Part shown: piece after piece, positions 57,891 to 64,000 of the stretch
Position numbering within the stretch: position 1 is the stretch's first letter
How the letters are laid out: each line of letters begins with the position of its first letter
NCBI GenBank assembly: GCA_951406725.2
Contig: OX597816.1
Span: 85,188,001-85,252,000 of the forward strand
Length of the DNA stretch: 64,000 nt
Reading direction: 5' to 3'
DNA from: Octopus vulgaris
Lineage: Eukaryota
The notes under the pieces: generated by a model
Told to the model about the DNA's origin: nothing
What the model saw: the letters and a program-made list of their open reading frames with translations, nothing else
Database searches by the model: none
Position numbers and translations under genes: made by a program

Positions 57891-59211
57891 GGTGCATTCT
57901 TGTTTGTATATGTGAGTATTTGCGTGTTTGTGAATTTGTGTGTGTACTTTTGTACATATATAATATACACGCATATATATTTGCCTGTACCTATGCGCTT
58001 ACACAGACACATACTACATATGTTTGAAGGAACCCCACAAATTACAACATCATAGTTTCCTAGATAAAACTCAGTTTTTCACCACCATCCCATTCACTCA
58101 CGCTACATACTGCAATATACAAATACATACCTTGAAACTATCTTTCTCACTAACTTTTTAGCAAGCTCCCAACCTGACTAGTTCTTTGATAATCCTAACT
58201 AGTTCTTCAACCAATCTTCTCTCTTGACTTTTAACCCCAGCGTCTCACAGTGTGTATCACACTACCTCATGTGTTACAACATAGTAACCAAAACATTGCG
58301 TCCACCCTTGTTTTGCCATTTGTGTTTTCGTGTATCCTCTCCTCTTATTCGCTTATGGTACATATACATTTTCCCTATTTTTTCTCTTGTATCTCATATA
58401 TTGTTCACGTATTTTTCTCCTATTTTCCTAAGTTTTGTGCGCAACTTTTCTATATCATTCTTACCCTACGCCACATTCCCCTCTTATCAACCTTGAATCA
58501 TTATCATATTATTGTTATTAAATTATATTTTTATTCAATTTATTTATTAGATAATTTTATTGTATTATTACCGTATTATTTTCGCTCCGCTATGTTATCG
58601 ATTTCTCACAATTGTTATGAAAATGTTCATTATTTCCAGCATTCTTCCCCCTTTTTTTTCTCAACATCATCTCACATACAATGAATAACTAATTCCCTCC
58701 TTTCATTAACAACCCTAAGCCTTTAGTGATCTTTCTTTTTATTCATTGCTTTTTTATTAAGTTCCACTAATGTTTTATTATTAATTATGGTTTTAATTTC
58801 ATCAATGAGTTTCAATATTTTATTATATTTTTTTATCAATAAGTTACTCTAAGTGCTAAGAAGTTCCAATAATCTATAATTATTTTCATAATTTTACCAA
58901 CCCAGAAATTCACAATATTTTATATTTTTTAACACATCTTTCCTTTGATTTTATTTTGTTATTTCATTACCTTCTTTAGCACTACTAGTCACATCCACGT
59001 GATATAAAGACTTATGCGCTTAATAATAATTGTTACTATGGGTAAAGGAAAGAAAAAATAAGAAATCTAGCTTACATAATATATCAGCAAAATAACAAAA
59101 AATAATACCAGATTTTATATGATTATTTCTTCAAAATATCGTGACCCCGAAAAATAAAAAAAGAAAAGATTACAGTTTAGCAGAGTCAAAACTGTTAAAA
59201 TTCCTTTGCAG

Positions 59212-59624
59212 ATAGGCGCAGGAGTGGTTGTGTGGTAAGTAGCTTGCTAACCAACCACATGGTTCCGGGTTCAGTCCCACTGCGTGGCATCTTGGGCAAG
59301 TGTCTTCTGCTATAGCCTCGGGCCAACCAATGCCTTGTGAGTGGATTTGGTAGACGGAAACTGAAAGAAGCCTGTCGTATATATATATATATATATGTGT
59401 ATGTGTGTGTATGTTTGTGTGTCTGTGTTTGTCCCCCTAGCATTGCTTGACAACCGATGCTGGTGTGTTTACCTCCACGTCACTTAGCGGATCGGCAAAA
59501 GAAACCGATAGAACATGTACTGGGCTTACAAAGAATAAGTCCCGTGGTCGATTTGCTCGACTAAAGGTGGTGTTCCAGCATGGCCGCAGTCAAATGACTG
59601 AAACAAGTAAAAGAGTAAAAGAGT
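59212..59624 (+). mobile_element. SINE family A, full length, best-preserved copy
   Basis: tRNA-like head (TGGTTGTGTGGTAAG...GGGTTCAGTCCC), CTTGGGCAAGTGTCTT core, internal (TA)(TG) microsatellite, AGTAAAAG tandem tail. Confidence 0.97.
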
Positions 59625-62600
59625 ATACATAAAGTGTAAGTAGGTTCTTAAGGGCGAATTTGGGTAGAGATAACATGCACTTATTCTGATCTTACATGAT
59701 ATATAAGGTAAATGTGTTTCATAAATGTTGATACAGTTTTCCGTAAATTGAGCACAGTATTTGTTGCTGACCAAATAATTTACCAGATATTACGTAATAT
59801 AATTAATCTACATATGCAACAAAGAGTTTAGATTGATTGAAATTTGGGGGATGTTTTACACTACGTATTTAAAATGCTCAAAATCCAACAGTTAATTTAT
59901 ATGATGTTAGATTTCTTTGCTGTGTGTCTACTGTCGCTTAGAATTTATTGCATAAGTTGAATTCCATAATGAAGATATGGCCTTAATGAAGTCTGTTTGG
60001 GATTCTATGATAATACTGATAGAAGAAGATAATATACCTACATTAATAATAACAGAGAAAGAGACAGCACTGTCGCAACACACTGGTGCAGTTGCCATGT
60101 ATAATTAACCACCTGTGGTATTTTTGGCAGATAACACGAAATCAATATTTTGTATAATTTCCAAGGGTCTTACCATCTAAAGTTAAACAATATGGAATCG
60201 TAAAATAAATTCGAAAGCAAGTCAGTGACGTCAGTTTACAAGTGTTATATGATATTCTACCCGAAATGAACGTATACTAATGAGTATATTATAACATTTA
60301 TTTCATTGTCCTGTATTCGTTTATCCTATTCAGATTTAACGCTTTCTATTTAATATTTCCCTTTGATTTGTTATTTCCGTAGGAATTTCTCCTGTTTCTA
60401 CATACACGTCTCTCTTCCTCTACACCATCTTCACTTCGTCCTCTCTTCCCCCCTCTGTCTCTCTCTCTATATATATGTAGTATACACGCCGCACAACTTA
60501 TATATATGCTTATAATTTATCGAAAGTCACGCATATTTGCTAGCTGGTTATAAGTGAGTGTTGCAGAGGTGTATTGTAGTTACTGGGTACATGTGTGTCA
60601 AATCTTATCATTTCACAGTGTCAAGCCAACAAAACCGCCACTATAAATCCCTAAATATACATAACTAATCGACTGCAAGAGCTCACATGATATCCATTTA
60701 TACTTCGATTGATCTTTATGGCTAGAACGATATCTCTTATTATGTGTAATTAGAGGGAGAGAAGCGGAATTTGCGTTTGTGATTTTTGTGAAGAGAGCGA
60801 GGTGCGCCCAACAGCGATAAAGAGAGATTATAAAATGTGACAGTGAAAAAGAGAAAGTATTAACTCTAAATAAAAGAACCATTCACCAAAACAAATATAC
60901 ATACGTATATATATATATATATTCGTGTATATGTGTATATGTGTGTGTATGTGTGTGTATGCATAGTATTGGCAGAAAACTTAGAATAAACTGACTTCAA
61001 ATTGTTTCCTTATCATTTTCTTTTGTTACGCTTGTTTTACTCTTCATTTTGGGATTGTTTACGGCAACGGTAACAATTATAAGATAGCGGGCTCGGTAGA
61101 CAGACAGAAGAGAAGCCATGGAGAGACTCTGAAAGAATCTTAGACATCTCCAGGGATTTGTGGTATCTTTTAAAGTAGGCTATAATACCAATGAAGTAAG
61201 CCAGTGTATTTATTTATATAGAGGTATATTTATGCCACTAATCTGTCCTTTGTCTTTATTCTGTCGACCGCAAACACATTCCCTTAGGATCGAAAGTTAT
61301 TTGATTGAATCATGAAAATTGTTCTTACACTACTTTGTTTTTTCCCTCTTTATCATTCTTCCTTTCTCTATGGTATTTGATTTGCATTCAGAAGGAATGT
61401 ATCTGTATTGATGCATTTGAAGATGCTTTAATTATATCTACTTATTTGACATCATTTACAATAGAAGCAACATAAAGTTACTTTTCAAACATAGTAGTAT
61501 AATCTAAGGAGAGATTTAAATAGCCGAAAGGGTCTTAATGTTTCCCTCCATCCTCTCAAACCACCTCTGTCTTTCCCCTTTCATTTCTCTATCTGTCGTA
61601 TCTTTTTTGTTTGGCAATTTGTACGTTGAAGCTAATTACATTATATGGCAGCTATTCTAAGAGAAAGATAAAAATATGATGAAACTCATAAAACTTTATT
61701 TCTCCTTTTAAGACGTTTCAAGTCGATTTAGATAATAAACTAGACAGACTGAAAGAATTTACAATGAAAACTGCAAGCAATTATAAAGCAGAAAATCGAA
61801 TATAATACAGAACAATATATTAAATAAAGTTTTATATATATAAAAAAACAATAGCAGGGCTATAAATTTTTGGTCTTTCATCGAGAATATAGAAAAAATA
61901 CTCTTCTCATGATTTGAATTGTTGGTGACCGCTGAGATATTTTGATTTAGATTATTAATGAAATAATATATTTAAAAAGTTTATACAAAGACGAAATAAA
62001 GAAAAGAACATATGGGTATAAATAAAAAAAAGAGCTTACTTATATAAGGAAGATATAGAAAATGGTGTGTTGTTTGGCCTGTATGTATCTATAACGCATC
62101 GATTCTGACAACATTTAACAACAGTGCCACGACTCTCTCACAAGTTTTCAATACTGGAACCGATAGTCATAAGACAAAGCATATAATTTTAATATTGCTT
62201 TTTACGTAAGGTGACAATGGTCTAACAATTTTCTAGCAATGTTTTATGACAACCCCGGTTCAGTGTATAGGATAGATGCATTCCGCCAAATATATTGTTA
62301 AGGAATTAATGACGAGCTCTAATCGTTGGACAAAGATTTTCCAATATTGCATTGTAATAACATCTTCCAAATTAGAGATTTTATACTCATATTTCACCCC
62401 TTTAAGTTCGAAAGACAGGAACATATCACTTCGGTAGCTAAGATCATCTGCCAATCTCATGGAAAACAGTATAGACTACTGAATTTCCTGGGCCGTTTCA
62501 GTTAGTGTTCTTCTATACACAAGCAGAACCAGAGGAAGTACCTGCGATGTGTAATCGGGTGTGGCGTTGACAGTCCACTGTTGCAGGTCTAAATTAATTA

Positions 62601-63386
62601 ATAATTATAAGTTATTACAAGGCTCCCACTCACTTTAAAGTTTTCTTAAAATTCCAACACAAAAATCCCCATAGCTAATCAATTTAACTTGATTCAGTCA
62701 ACATTAAGTCTAGAGTTCTTCTCTATTTGATTCGCACACCTTGCTTGAATTATTTCTTGTAGAACCAATGACTGACGCACTTCTTAACTAATGTATTACT
62801 CTACCCTTAACTACCGTCCCCTCTTTCAATTTCAATATAATCATATGAGACATAAGATTATCTAGAAATGGCTATAGAGTTGGGGAATTATTCTAAGATA
62901 TCACCAGTACATTATTTTTGCTTCTTCCAGCCCTCATCTGCGTCTCAATTTTTCTTTATATTGACCCTCCAGTATTGCCACCTCTGTGATGATTGTAGTA
63001 GACTGCCGTTTTATTCTAAGTCGATGTATGTGAAATTCCCTTCTCTCTGTTCACCATACATACAACATAATTTGTCATTTTTTGATCAGTAGGCAATCTC
63101 GGCATTAGCAAGTTTCTATATAAATCAAAGAAACTAATTTGACATATCCATCAGTTACTTTGTCTAACTACAAAGATATCTTCGCTGAAATGGATACATG
63201 TTTTTAAATTTTTCACTTCGATATTCCACAACATAACATTCTAATTATAATTCCTGTAAGTTTGCAAAATTGTCCACAATAACATTACCTAGTAATTGTT
63301 TCTATTTACAAAAGTTGTTCACGTATGAAATACTTCCACTAACAATCGAAGCGATCAGCACGATTGATAATATTATAGAACACCAT

Positions 63387-63600
63387 AAGGTGGCGAACTG
63401 GCAAAATCATTAGCAGGCCGGGCGCAATACTTAATGGCATTTAGTCCGTTTTTACGTTCTCATTTCAAATACCGCTGAGTTCGACTTCGTATTTCCTCCT
63501 TGAAGAGTCGATAAAATCAGTACTATCTGAATACTAGAGTCGAAATACTTGACTTACTCGCTCAACCGAAATTACTACCCTTGTGCCAAAATTTGAATTT
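63387..63600 (+). mobile_element. SINE family B, short-tail variant, with an 18-bp TSD
   Basis: AATAT(T/C)ATAGAACACCAT at 63369-63386 and 63601-63618; the body aligns with the other B copies. Confidence 0.9.
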
Positions 63601-63698
63601 AATATCATAGAACACCATCTAATGTTTTTTATCTCTTTACTATATATACATTCTTACAAAGAAACACATATATTCTACTTTTATGAATTATGTGAATG

Positions 63699-63742
<44 letters not shown>

Positions 63743-63747
<5 letters not shown>

Positions 63748-64000
63748 CGTAGGAGTGGCTGTATGGTAAGTAGCTTGCTTACGAACCACATGGTTCCGGG
63801 TTCAGTCCCACTGCGTGGCATCTTGGGCAAGTGTCTTCTACTATAGTCTCGGGCCAACCAAAGCCTTGTGAGTGGATTTGGTAGACGGAAACTAAAAGAA
63901 GTCTGTATAATATATGTGTATGTGTGTGTGTATATGTTTGTGTATCTGTGTCTGTGTTTGTACCTGCCAACATCACTTGACAACAGATGCTGGTGTGTTT
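63743..64000 (+). mobile_element. SINE family A (runs off the window end)
   Basis: Aligns with 59212-59470. Confidence 0.95.

Noticed and set aside
62150-62600. Possible host exon in higher-complexity sequence
   Set aside because: The frames I translated contain stops and no recognisable motif; it cannot be supported without a homology search.

Overview
This is AT-rich, microsatellite-dense, non-coding animal DNA. The repeat repertoire resembles an octopod cephalopod genome (inferred from the SINE/LINE types, not provable here). I find no host protein-coding exon. Almost all ORFs in the track are translations of simple repeats, including the 690-aa His/Thr ORF. The window is a mosaic of mobile-element remains: (i) about 20 copies or fragments of three tRNA-derived SINE families (A, B with a Nin/Deu-like domain, C); (ii) decayed R4/Dong-type, Tx1/L1, RTE and probably CR1 LINEs; (iii) Penelope-like elements (PLEs; Neptune-like RT+GIY-YIG, Naiad-like GIY-YIG) with about nine minimal type-I hammerhead ribozyme (HHR) motifs; (iv) Tc1/mariner relics, a long-TIR Mutator-like MITE and a 56-bp Helitron-like unit. 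The most interesting signals are: a ~400-bp foldback whose apex is a U3-A8 compensatory-variant hammerhead (8591-8996); a tRNA-headed element with a hammerhead tail and a PLE-style inverted end (33913-34294); a reconstructable ~2-kb inversion that splits an R4/Dong LINE at PLE junctions; and a SINE tail matching the apparent 3' end of a Tx1/L1 LINE. All coordinates and alignments were read by eye.
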